DNA of 63,946 nucleotides, taken from assembly GCA_964390945.1 (NCBI GenBank), contig CAYMIV010000004.1, forward strand, positions 1 to 63,946, written 5' to 3'. The DNA comes from an uncultured Candidatus Saccharibacteria bacterium (GTDB taxonomy: Bacteria > Patescibacteriota > Minisyncoccia > Phycocordibacterales > UBA918). Position numbers and translations under genes: made by a program. The notes under the pieces were generated by a model. That model searched no databases. It was not told the origin of the DNA and was given only the letters and a program-made list of their open reading frames with translations. Shown here one piece after another: positions 15,149-24,813 of this stretch (its first letter is position 1; every line of letters starts with the position of its first letter).

Positions 15149-16347
15149 CGTCCGCAATTATTCTTGATAGTCATCTGAAGAGCGCGCTTTCTGCGGTGCG
15201 GTCACTCGGTGCGGCCGGAATCTTTGTCTCTGCCGGTGCGGAACGAGGTACCGCCATGGCGCTCCATTCAAAATATTCGAAAACGCGATTCATCTACCCC
15301 TCACCGCTTAAAGACACCGCAGGTTTCATTGGGGCGGTGAAAGAGGAGGCCATCCGAATGGCGAAACGGCCAGTCGTGTATGCTTTTTCCGATGCGACAT
15401 ACCTCACGCTCTTTGCGCACCGCGAGCGACTCGCCGACTCAATGATACTCGTGTTCCCTGAACTCTCGTCCGTTGAAATTGCATTCGATAAGGCAGCAAC
15501 CTATTCGCTTGCAAAAGTGTCTGGAATACCAACCATCACCACGTACACACCCGAATTAAAGGAGGAGGTCGAGCATCTCGGAACAACACTCACATTTCCT
15601 GCTGTGGTAAAACCGCGACGCAGCGTCGCCTGGGTAAACAATGTTGGAAAAACCGGTACGGCGTCGTTCGTTCACTCAAGGCGGCAACTCATAAAAAATT
15701 TTTTCGCTCTCAAAGAACGATTCGGCGAATCACCGCTCGTGCAGGATTTGCTCATCGGCGAGGAGTATGGCGTTGAAATGCTCGCCTACAAGGGTGTGGT
15801 ACACGCCATCGTCACGCACCACCGCATTCGCTCACTCTCACCAACCGGAGGCGCATCGGTCCTCAAGGAGACGGTTCAGTCGGGTGAACTAAAAAATTCC
15901 CTCGAAACGTATGCAAAAATTCTTGTCGAGAAACTCTCCTGGTCGGGCCCCATCATGGTGGAATTCAAGGTGGACAGCGATTCGCGCGAACCAAAACTCA
16001 TGGAGGTAAACGGTCGGTTTTGGGGCTCCCTCCCGCTCTCCGTTGCGGCGGGTGTTGACATGCCGCACCTCTATTACTATCTTGCGACGGGAAGCGGACT
16101 TCCCGAGAATGCAGTCACTGCGCGTGATGGGGTGATAACGCGGCACTTTCTTGGCGATATCCGGCACCTCCTTCGCGTACTTTTCGTTCCAAATGCGATG
16201 CGAAAAATTCTTTACCCGAAACGAAGCAAAGCGCTTGCTGATTTTTTCTCGATTCCACGGGGGACGAAAAGCGACGTGTGGTCCCGCTCTGACATGAAGC
16301 CCACACTCATGGAATTTGTTGATGTGTTTCTAAAAGCACTGCACTAA
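15145..16347 (+). CDS. ATP-grasp enzyme (COG3919-like carboxylate-amine ligase), copy 1
   Basis: FPAVVKPRRSVAW and MVEFKVD...KLMEVNGRFWGSLPLSVAAGVDMP are typical ATP-grasp motifs. It is a paralog of 18879..20036. Confidence 0.88.
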   Translation: MTSAIILDSHLKSALSAVRSLGAAGIFVSAGAERGTAMALHSKYSKTRFIYPSPLKDTAGFIGAVKEEAIRMAKRPVVYAFSDATYLTLFAHRERLADSMILVFPELSSVEIAFDKAATYSLAKVSGIPTITTYTPELKEEVEHLGTTLTFPAVVKPRRSVAWVNNVGKTGTASFVHSRRQLIKNFFALKERFGESPLVQDLLIGEEYGVEMLAYKGVVHAIVTHHRIRSLSPTGGASVLKETVQSGELKNSLETYAKILVEKLSWSGPIMVEFKVDSDSREPKLMEVNGRFWGSLPLSVAAGVDMPHLYYYLATGSGLPENAVTARDGVITRHFLGDIRHLLRVLFVPNAMRKILYPKRSKALADFFSIPRGTKSDVWSRSDMKPTLMEFVDVFLKALH

Positions 16348-16381
16348 TACCTCTCTTTATCGCACCGCTCGCTTTGCGCAC

Positions 16382-16421
16382 ACTACGTTAATCTTCCACG
16401 GTCGTATAGAATTAACGTAGT
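16382..16421 (+). promoter_or_regulatory. Stem-loop element U: perfect 11-bp stem and an 18-nt loop containing ACGGTCGTA. It abuts the start codon of 16422..17000.
   Basis: actacgttaat/cttccACGGTCGTAtaga/attaacgtagt, followed immediately by ATG. The loop-to-arm junction also reads TAGAAT, which is -10-like. Confidence 0.6.
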
Positions 16422-17000
16422 ATGAAAAATGTGAAGATTAATAGCAAAGCATTTCAGAAAGGAAGCAGGGTCCATGTTGAGGGGGTAATCCTCAAGACCC
16501 TTGCTGTTGCGGGGTTGGTAAGCATAGCCGTATTGGCTCCGAATGCATTACAACTTCTCAAATATCTTGATGGCGGAAGACGCAGAATGAAGGAACCGAG
16601 ATTCATAATGAATGAGGCACTATTGCGACTGCAATCAAAGAAACTCATTGTTGTTTCCAAAGACGGTAAGTACCGTCTTACAAAAGAGGGTGAACAACAG
16701 TTGCACCGCATTGAATTCGGAACACTCCCTCTCCCGAATGAAAAGTGGGATACAAAATGGAGAATTGTCTCTTTTGATGTGAGTGAGAAACGGAGAAAAT
16801 CACGAGACCAACTGAGGTTACTGCTTCGCCAGGTTGGTTTTGTGCGCCTTCAGGATAGTGTATGGGTCTACCCGTATGATGTGAGGGAGGTGGTAGAACT
16901 CATTAAAACAGCAAACTTTCTCGACAAGGAGGTCTTGTATATGACTGTGTACACGACCGGGAACGACAAAGTACTCAAGTCCCACTTCAAACTCTCATAG
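16422..17000 (+). CDS. PaaX-like regulator (winged-helix N-terminal part plus a Cas2/VapD-fold C-terminal domain)
   Basis: KWDTKWRIVSFDVSEKRRKSRDQLRLLLRQVGFVRLQDSVWVYPYD matches the PaaX-family pattern W.g.W..v.f.i.e..R..Rd.lr..L...GF..l...vWv.P. The N-terminal part (ALLRLQSKKLIVVSKDGKYRLTKEGEQQL) looks like a wHTH. Confidence 0.7.
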   Translation: MKNVKINSKAFQKGSRVHVEGVILKTLAVAGLVSIAVLAPNALQLLKYLDGGRRRMKEPRFIMNEALLRLQSKKLIVVSKDGKYRLTKEGEQQLHRIEFGTLPLPNEKWDTKWRIVSFDVSEKRRKSRDQLRLLLRQVGFVRLQDSVWVYPYDVREVVELIKTANFLDKEVLYMTVYTTGNDKVLKSHFKLS

Positions 17001-17006
17001 GAACAA

Positions 17007-17044
17007 TTACCTTTATTTTCAACGGTCGTACAAAATAAAGGTAA
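17007..17044 (+). promoter_or_regulatory. Stem-loop element D: perfect 13-bp stem and a 12-nt loop containing ACGGTCGTA, 6 nt after the stop of 16422..17000
   Basis: ttacctttatttt/caACGGTCGTAc/aaaataaaggtaa. It is homologous to element U, with the same loop core and arms that differ but are each perfectly paired. Confidence 0.6.
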
Positions 17045-17073
17045 TAACCAAGGTAATAACCAAGGCGATAAAC
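17038..17073 (+). repeat. Three tandem 12-bp repeats (iteron-like) immediately upstream of the PHP gene
   Basis: aaggtaataacc / aaggtaataacc / aaggcgataaac. The first unit overlaps the right arm of element D. Confidence 0.7.
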
Positions 17074-17109
17074 GTGTGGTGGTTTCTGTCTTTCGTGTAT
17101 ACTTTCGCT

Positions 17110-17910
17110 ATGGAAATACAAGGATTATTGCACTGCCATTCCAGTTACTCATATGACGCAAAACTTTCACTTCGGGAACTCCGCGAATTGTGCATACAAA
17201 ACGGAATTCACTTCGCTTGCATGACTGAACACACGGATGAGCTCACGAAGGAGCGTGCGGAAGAATTCGTGCGCGAGTGCGAAGCATTATCCGACGAGTC
17301 ATTCCGTTTCATTCCTGGATTCGAAGTGCCGTACAAAAATGCGCACATCCTGATGATCGGCGCACGAGAATTTGTCGTGAATTATGCGCCAACACTCCCG
17401 GTGCTCGATGAGTGGATAAAAAAAGCGCAATTTGTCGTGCTCGCTCATCCGGTTAGAAACAAGTTTATCGCCGAGGACGCGCTCGCAGAGCGCCTCGACG
17501 GCATTGAGGTCTGGAATCAACAATATGAGGGCAAGCGCGTTCCTCGACCGCGCTCAATCCGATTGTTTGAAACATTGAGAAAAAGAAAATCAACACTCGT
17601 TGCAACGGGCGGCATCGATTTGCACCGAGATGAACACATGGGTTCTCCGGTCGTGACACTTTCCGTCGATGCGCCGAATGAAGCAGCGATTATTGAAAAA
17701 CTCAAATTGGGAATCTTTGCGGTATCGTCCCCGCACGCGCGATTTTTCGGACTCCTCACCAATGCCGACGAACTTATGCGGAAGCATCGCTTCGAAAGCA
17801 TAATCTCCGTCGCTGTTATTGGCGCTGGCAAATTCACCAATAAAACACTGGCGTATTTGGGATTGACGTTACCCGCGTCACTCAAACGCGCGGTGCGCCG
17901 CTCGCTCTAA
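17110..17910 (+). CDS. PHP-domain metal-dependent phosphoesterase, copy 1
   Basis: LLHCHSSYSYD, ACMTEHTDEL and LDGIEVWNQQYEG (PHP-associated C-terminal part). ATG 17110 is preferred over GTG 17074. It is a paralog of 20033..20779. Confidence 0.85.
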   Translation: MEIQGLLHCHSSYSYDAKLSLRELRELCIQNGIHFACMTEHTDELTKERAEEFVRECEALSDESFRFIPGFEVPYKNAHILMIGAREFVVNYAPTLPVLDEWIKKAQFVVLAHPVRNKFIAEDALAERLDGIEVWNQQYEGKRVPRPRSIRLFETLRKRKSTLVATGGIDLHRDEHMGSPVVTLSVDAPNEAAIIEKLKLGIFAVSSPHARFFGLLTNADELMRKHRFESIISVAVIGAGKFTNKTLAYLGLTLPASLKRAVRRSL

Positions 17911-17944
17911 TTGTGTTACAATTTCCGGACGTAAATACTCCTGA

Positions 17945-18898
17945 ATGCTAGAAACGAATTCAAAAAAGGGCACGGTGGTTATTTCTGTGGACCTTGAACT
18001 GTCGTGGGGAAGTGGGGGAAAGCATAGTTACGTGCCGCTCCACGAAAAAGAACGGGAGATTTTAAATCGGTTTCTTGCGCTGTGCAATCAATATAGTATT
18101 TCTTGCACGTGGGCAACGGTCGGAAATCTTCTTCTCAAAAATCGCGAGGAGGCGAAACGCCGAGGCATCGTTCTCTACGGGAGAGCGCCCCATATATATG
18201 AACAAGTTATCGGTACCGGGAATTCAGCAGAGCACCTATGGTTTGGCGAAGACATTGTGCAGAGCGTTATTGATTCACCCGTTCATCAAGAATTGGCAAG
18301 CCACTCCTTCTTTCATACACGCGCACCTGAGGCAAATCGATTAGATTATAAACATGAACTTATTCAGGTAAGACAGCTAGCGAAAGACAAGTTCGGAATC
18401 GATATCGTGTCCTATGTTCACCCCCGAAATTTGATAGGACACCTCGATGTGCTTAATGAGGTTGGTTTTAAAAATTACCGAGGCAACGATCGAATCAGTT
18501 CACTGCCCAAGATTCTTGGCGCGGGCGGAATTACGCGCCTTATAGAGGTTGGTCTCGGTCTCGCAATTCCTCCCGCACAACCACATGTCGTTGATTCCGG
18601 ACTCGTGAATGTACCCGCGAGTTACTTTTTGGCAACGACTCTCTTTAAGGAAGTACATCCTCCGGTGTGGCGTACCGTATCTCAATGCAGAAAAAGTATC
18701 GAAGAAACAAAAGGGGGAGGAATTTTTCACCTCTGGTTTCACCCGCACAACATTGCACGAAATCAACCCCACTGGTTTTCTGTTCTTGAGCAACTCTTTT
18801 CGTATATATCGCAAAAACAAAAAGAGGGAAGCGTTGCGGTGATGACTATGGGTGAAGTAACACGAAGGGTAAGCGAATATGATGGTACTCATTCTTGA
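17945..18898 (+). CDS. Polysaccharide deacetylase (CE4-like), copy 1
   Basis: VVISVDLELSWGS, SHSFFH and HLWFHPHN. It is a paralog of 21585..22586 (VVTLDFELFWG, GNHTFSHF, HLWWHPHN). Confidence 0.82.
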   Translation: MLETNSKKGTVVISVDLELSWGSGGKHSYVPLHEKEREILNRFLALCNQYSISCTWATVGNLLLKNREEAKRRGIVLYGRAPHIYEQVIGTGNSAEHLWFGEDIVQSVIDSPVHQELASHSFFHTRAPEANRLDYKHELIQVRQLAKDKFGIDIVSYVHPRNLIGHLDVLNEVGFKNYRGNDRISSLPKILGAGGITRLIEVGLGLAIPPAQPHVVDSGLVNVPASYFLATTLFKEVHPPVWRTVSQCRKSIEETKGGGIFHLWFHPHNIARNQPHWFSVLEQLFSYISQKQKEGSVAVMTMGEVTRRVSEYDGTHS

Positions 18899-20036
18899 CG
18901 CTGAAACAAGAAGCGCACTCGCTGCTCTCCGCTCGCTTTCGCGGCGAGGAATTGATGTTGTTGCGGGTTCTTCGAATAAAAACGCTCTCTCCTTTTCTTC
19001 TCGGATGTGCACAAAGCGATTTCTCCACCCCCATCCCGGCAAAGACAGGAAAGCATTCATCGGTGCGATTGAAAAATTTCTCAAAGAGAACTCGGACACG
19101 CTCTGTATGAGTTTTACCGACATTACCACCGATGCGCTACGCGATTGCGCAGATACGGAAACTTTCGGACATAATTTTGTTGTTCCGCAATCGCAACAAT
19201 TTTTTCAAGCAACAAATAAGCGCATCCTTGCGGAAATCGCCAGCTCGGTTGATATTCCCACACCCGAAGAAATCAATCCTGAATGTTTTACTGACCCCGC
19301 GAGAGTGGCAGACATTACCTATCCGGTCATTATAAAACCAGCACGCTCCGTTTCCTGGAAGGAAGGGAAAGCGCACAAGGATACTGCACGAGTGATACAT
19401 ACCGCAAAGGATCTGCTTGAACAACGCGACTACTTTATGAAGCATGCTTCAGACGTTCCTCTCACGCAAAAAATGCTCTCTGGTGATGAATTTGGAGTTT
19501 CGGTATTGGCTGATCATGGGGTTCTCAAGGCGTGTTTTGCGCACAGGCGACTTCGTTCCATTACCCCGCATGGGGGAGTTAGCACGCTTCGAGAAAGCAT
19601 TTTTCTCACCGAAGAGATGAAAGACATTGCAGAAAAACTTACCAAAGTCCTCGAGTGGAACGGGGTCATGATGATAGAGCTGAAACGAAACAATGAGACA
19701 GGCAGGCTTACGCTCATTGAAATCAATGCGCGTTTTTGGGGGTCGCTTTTTTTAGCCATTCAGTCTGGGGTGGATTTTCCATACCTTCTCTACCTTCAGT
19801 GGTCGGGCAGGGGTAGTGAAATTCAATCACCTTCGTATACCGTCGGTACACGCGCACGGCATTTAATCACCGACTTCAGCCACTTCTACGCATTACGATG
19901 GGGTGCCTTCTCACCCAAAAAAATTAAGGAGTTCTTTACCTTCTTTGGAAAAAATCTATACTTTGATGTGTGGTCACTCAATGACCCCCTGCCGGGATTT
20001 GTCGAGCTGTTTCAATTTATGAAAAACAAACTATGA
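18879..20036 (+). CDS. ATP-grasp enzyme, copy 2
   Basis: YPVIIKPARSVSW and MMIELKRN...LIEINARFWGSLFLAIQSGVDFP. There is a 20-nt overlap with the upstream gene. Confidence 0.88.
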   Translation: MMVLILDAETRSALAALRSLSRRGIDVVAGSSNKNALSFSSRMCTKRFLHPHPGKDRKAFIGAIEKFLKENSDTLCMSFTDITTDALRDCADTETFGHNFVVPQSQQFFQATNKRILAEIASSVDIPTPEEINPECFTDPARVADITYPVIIKPARSVSWKEGKAHKDTARVIHTAKDLLEQRDYFMKHASDVPLTQKMLSGDEFGVSVLADHGVLKACFAHRRLRSITPHGGVSTLRESIFLTEEMKDIAEKLTKVLEWNGVMMIELKRNNETGRLTLIEINARFWGSLFLAIQSGVDFPYLLYLQWSGRGSEIQSPSYTVGTRARHLITDFSHFYALRWGAFSPKKIKEFFTFFGKNLYFDVWSLNDPLPGFVELFQFMKNKL

Positions 20037-20779
20037 TAGTACGCGGTGTGTATCATGCGCACTCTCGATTTTCGGGTGACGGGCATTTTTTATTGTCAGA
20101 ACTGAAAGAAGAGTTTAAAAAGAGGGGCCTTCGATTCGTCATAATGACAGAGCATGCAGAAGACCTGACTCCCGAACGTTACCGAGCGTTTTACAGCGAG
20201 TGCGCAGCACAGAGCGATGAAACATTTCTATTCATTCCGGGTCTCGAGGTTCCTTTTGAAGGAAAAATACATGTCGGTTGTTTTCCAGCTGCGCCCGCAT
20301 ATGACGCGGTGCCGCTCTTTGCTCCAGGTATCGCCGCCATGCGAGAACATGGCGCAATCACTATTTTCCACCACCCGTCAAAACAAAGTTATTTTATGAC
20401 GCCGGATTTCAGGCGTCTTCTCGACGGGGTTGAGGTATGGAATTCACGATATGAAGGAGTCTGTGCCCCGAGCAGGCGAACGATTGAATTTGCCAAGGAA
20501 CACTTCAAAGACAACCTGTTCCTCGGGGGCCTTGATCTTCACCGAGAACAGCAGTTTGGCGGTCCCTGTCTCGAGGTTCGTGTCGAATCGCCCACGGTTG
20601 GAGAAATAACCGACGCCATTCGGTGCGGTAATTTTGCGCTTGCGGGACGATTTTATCGTTTTGATAAAAAGACATTCCTACGTCCGAGCAATAGAGTGTG
20701 GTATCTTTTGGTTCGATACTGCTATGAAGTGTTGCGGTATCTTCGAAACGCAGTGACACGATTACTTCGCGGGCGATAA
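20033..20779 (+). CDS. PHP-domain metal-dependent phosphoesterase, copy 2
   Basis: VYHAHSRFSGDG, IMTEHAEDL and LDGVEVWNSRYEG. There is a 4-nt overlap with ATP-grasp copy 2. Confidence 0.85.
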   Translation: MIVRGVYHAHSRFSGDGHFLLSELKEEFKKRGLRFVIMTEHAEDLTPERYRAFYSECAAQSDETFLFIPGLEVPFEGKIHVGCFPAAPAYDAVPLFAPGIAAMREHGAITIFHHPSKQSYFMTPDFRRLLDGVEVWNSRYEGVCAPSRRTIEFAKEHFKDNLFLGGLDLHREQQFGGPCLEVRVESPTVGEITDAIRCGNFALAGRFYRFDKKTFLRPSNRVWYLLVRYCYEVLRYLRNAVTRLLRGR

Positions 20780-20800
20780 CAGAGGTTTCCGGAAATATAC

Positions 20801-21584
20801 ATGAACGCATCACAATTCAAAAAAATCATATTTTCCCTCACTCGACTGATTACGTCTCCCTTACGAAGTCTTTCGTGGGTGCGTCGGGGGCACCTGCTTG
20901 TCGATCGTTCAATTATCGACACCACATATTGGTTTCAGGGGAATCTTTTACGGCGATCACTCATTGATGTGGTTCCGGAAACGAAGAAGGCGGAAGTTAT
21001 CTTACCGCGGGCATTCGACAGAACATTCGGCACTTCTATTACGACGCACGAGGCGTGCGCACTTGCCGCAATTGTGCGTGCACTGCATCCTGCAAAAGTT
21101 CTTGAAATTGGGACTTTTGACGGAAATACGACGCTCTTGTTTGCGGCAAATCTTGAAGGAGATGGTTCGGTCGCAACTGTTGATTTGCCCCCGGATTTTG
21201 ATTCAAAACGTGATCGCGGGAAGCTCGGGCACGATGGCGTAAAGATCAATTTGACCCCGCGCACTCTTGTCGCTGGGCAATATCGCGAAGATCCGCGAGC
21301 GCAAAAAATCACACAGATTTTTGGCGATAGCGCGTCGCTCGATTGGAAAACGTTCGGCGGTCCATTCAACCTCATTTTTATCGATGGGTGTCATACAGAG
21401 ATATATGTACGTACCGATTCACAAAACGCAGTTTCGGTGATTGCGCCCGGCGGCGCAATCGTGTGGCATGATTACGGAGTGATACCCGACGTGTCTCGTG
21501 CCGTTGACGCATTTGCACTTGAACACCCCGAGTTTACGATGTGTGTGATTGAGGGAACTCGTCTTGCGCTCGGTATTAGAAAGG

Positions 21585-21592
<8 letters not shown>
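20801..21592 (+). CDS. Class I SAM-dependent methyltransferase (Methyltransf_24 / O-methyltransferase-like)
   Basis: VLEIGTFDGNTTLLFA...VATVDLPPD...IFIDGCHTEIYV...GGAIVWHDY. Confidence 0.82.
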
Positions 21593-22586
<994 letters not shown>

Positions 22587-22666
22587 GTGCCTACTATACC
22601 CCAGTTTTAAAGGCAAAACAGCGTATCCTGCGTCAGTTTCTGTGTGTTAAAGTAACTGTCGTTTCC

Positions 22667-23677
22667 ATGAAAGCAAAACCAACAACAAAAAAGAACGTGC
22701 TCATAATTGGTGGGGGGACCGGGACACACACTGTTCTACGGGGACTTAAGCGATATACGGATAGCATTAATTTAAAAGCGATTGTCACCATGGCGGATTC
22801 TGGAGGTTCGACAGGAAGACTCCGCGACGAATTTGGTTTTCTTCCGGTTGGTGATGCGCGAATGGCACTTGTTGCGCTCGCGCGCGATGGCGGAGAATAC
22901 GACCATATTTTGCGAAAACTATTTCTCTATCGTTTCCATAAAGGAAACGGACTTTCCGGACATACGTTTGGAAATCTGCTCCTCGTTGCACTCACGGATA
23001 TTTTGGGGAGTGAAGAATCCGCCATACATGCGGCATCCACAATCCTCGCCTCAAGTGGCGAAGTGATACCAGTGACTGCCGATAAGGTGAATTTGAAAGC
23101 CGTATACGATGACGGGCGAGTTGTGGTGGGAGAACATGAAATTGATATCGGTCTTGGCTCTGAAACTGGTAGTAAAATCCAGCACATATCGCTCGAACCG
23201 GCAGCGCGACCGAATGCTCGAGCGCTCGCGGCGATAGCCGAGGCGGACCTCATTGTGCTCGGTCCGGGTGATCTATACACAAGCATCCTCGCCGCCTGCA
23301 TCGTTGACGGAGTTGCCTATGCGCTCCGGCATACACGAGCACACATTGCGTATGTTTCGAATCTTATGACACGAAACGCCCAAACGAATACAATGGGAAC
23401 TCGAGAACATGTCGCTGAACTTGGTCGGTACATCGGTAGATCGCCGAATTCGGTACTTGTGAATACCGCTCCGTTTCGAGAAGATCTTATTGCGCTGTAT
23501 CGCGAAGAGAATGAACATCCTGTTACGCATAATCTTACCGACAGCAGTCTCAATATAATAACGGGGGATTTTCTTGCGAGTGAAAACATCGTCCGAGAAA
23601 AGGGCGATGTGGTAAGGCGAAGTCTGATTCGCCACGACCCTGAAAAATTGGCTCGTGGTATTATGCGACTGATATAA
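22667..23677 (+). CDS. YvcK / CofD-family (UPF0052) protein
   Basis: IGGGTGTHTVLRGLK...IVTMADSGGSTGRLRDEFGFLPVGDARMALVALA is the family signature. Confidence 0.88.
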   Translation: MKAKPTTKKNVLIIGGGTGTHTVLRGLKRYTDSINLKAIVTMADSGGSTGRLRDEFGFLPVGDARMALVALARDGGEYDHILRKLFLYRFHKGNGLSGHTFGNLLLVALTDILGSEESAIHAASTILASSGEVIPVTADKVNLKAVYDDGRVVVGEHEIDIGLGSETGSKIQHISLEPAARPNARALAAIAEADLIVLGPGDLYTSILAACIVDGVAYALRHTRAHIAYVSNLMTRNAQTNTMGTREHVAELGRYIGRSPNSVLVNTAPFREDLIALYREENEHPVTHNLTDSSLNIITGDFLASENIVREKGDVVRRSLIRHDPEKLARGIMRLI

Positions 23678-23679
23678 AT

Positions 23680-24813
23680 ATGCGACTCTGTATTGCGACA
23701 CCACTCACCGCACCCGATATCGGTGGTCCGGCAACATATACCGCCTTTCTTCAAAAACACGCTTCCGCGATTGGGGTGACACTCACAACGGTTTCATTCA
23801 GAGATGTCAGGTCGTTGCCAAAGTATATTCGACACGTTCTCTATTTCATGAAACTTCTGTGGCACGGAAAATCGTGTGATGTTATCTATGCGCTCGATAC
23901 GGTGAGTGTCGGTTTTCCGGCACTCATCGCTTCAATCATGCTCCGTAAGCCGTTCCTCCTCCGCGTTCCAGGTGATTACGCATGGGAACAGGGGAGGCAG
24001 CGGTTCGGTCTCACCGAGACTCTTGATGAATATCTCGTTCCCGAGGTCCGACCGAGGAGTGTACGACCCTGGAGTGTACGGATGCTTGCCTCTATACAAG
24101 CGTACGTCGCTCGACGTGCAGTACGTGTTGTTGTCCCGAGTGAGTACTTGAGAAATGTTGTCATGATGTGGGGTGTACCGAATGAAAAAATCATACGAAT
24201 ATACAGCGCGCTGAAAGTCATTCCGGTCGTCGAAAAAAAAGAAGACCTTCGAGCCGAATTTAAATATGAAGGTTTTGTCGTCGCAACTGCGGGACGACTC
24301 GTACCGTGGAAAGGTGTCGATGAACTAATTGCTGCAATACAAATTCTTCGGACTCAAGGAATGCACGTGCGGCTTGAAATCTTCGGCGAGGGTCCGGAAG
24401 AAACACACCTGAAAAATCATGTTCATGAACTCAACCTTGAATCATTGGTCACGTTTCATGGCAGCGTTGATCGCGGCGCGCTCGGGAGGCGACTCGTTGC
24501 GTCGGATGTTTTTGTTCTCAACACCTCATACGAAGGACTTTCGCATCAAATACTCGAGGTGATGAACCTCGGTACACCGGTTGTCACGACTCCCGTTGGT
24601 GGAAATCCCGAATTGATTTGCGATGGAGTTGAGGGACTTTTTGTTCCCGTCAATGACACGACCGCGCTCGCCGCAGCGCTCGCACGGGTTGGTGGCGACG
24701 AGGTTCTTCGAGACACCCTCATCGAGAATGCGCGTAAACGCGTGTGCGGTTTTCATGAAGATGTCGTTATCCGAGAATTTGCCGCCCTTCTCAAAACATT
24801 TGTATGCACATAA
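23680..24813 (+). CDS. GT4-family glycosyltransferase
   Basis: IATPLTAPDIGGPATY at the N-terminus, with VLNTSYEGLSHQILEVMNLGTPVVTTPVGGNPEL in the C-terminal half. Confidence 0.9.
   Translation: MRLCIATPLTAPDIGGPATYTAFLQKHASAIGVTLTTVSFRDVRSLPKYIRHVLYFMKLLWHGKSCDVIYALDTVSVGFPALIASIMLRKPFLLRVPGDYAWEQGRQRFGLTETLDEYLVPEVRPRSVRPWSVRMLASIQAYVARRAVRVVVPSEYLRNVVMMWGVPNEKIIRIYSALKVIPVVEKKEDLRAEFKYEGFVVATAGRLVPWKGVDELIAAIQILRTQGMHVRLEIFGEGPEETHLKNHVHELNLESLVTFHGSVDRGALGRRLVASDVFVLNTSYEGLSHQILEVMNLGTPVVTTPVGGNPELICDGVEGLFVPVNDTTALAAALARVGGDEVLRDTLIENARKRVCGFHEDVVIREFAALLKTFVCT

Noticed and set aside
16422-17000. Calling the 192-aa protein Cas2, or giving it a membrane anchor
   Set aside because: The W..W.IV.FD...R..RD.L motif together with an N-terminal wHTH-like region fits PaaX-family regulators better. 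The hydrophobic N-terminal stretch aligns with the first helices of PaaX, so a TM helix is not established.
17038-17073. Tandem 12-mers as a CRISPR array
   Set aside because: The units are contiguous with no spacers, there are only three of them, and each is 12 bp. No cas genes are present, and the neighbouring Cas2-like fold belongs to a PaaX-type regulator.
18500-19129. 209-aa minus-strand ORF
   Set aside because: It is antisense across the CE4/ATP-grasp junction, and both plus-strand genes have clear family motifs and paralogs.
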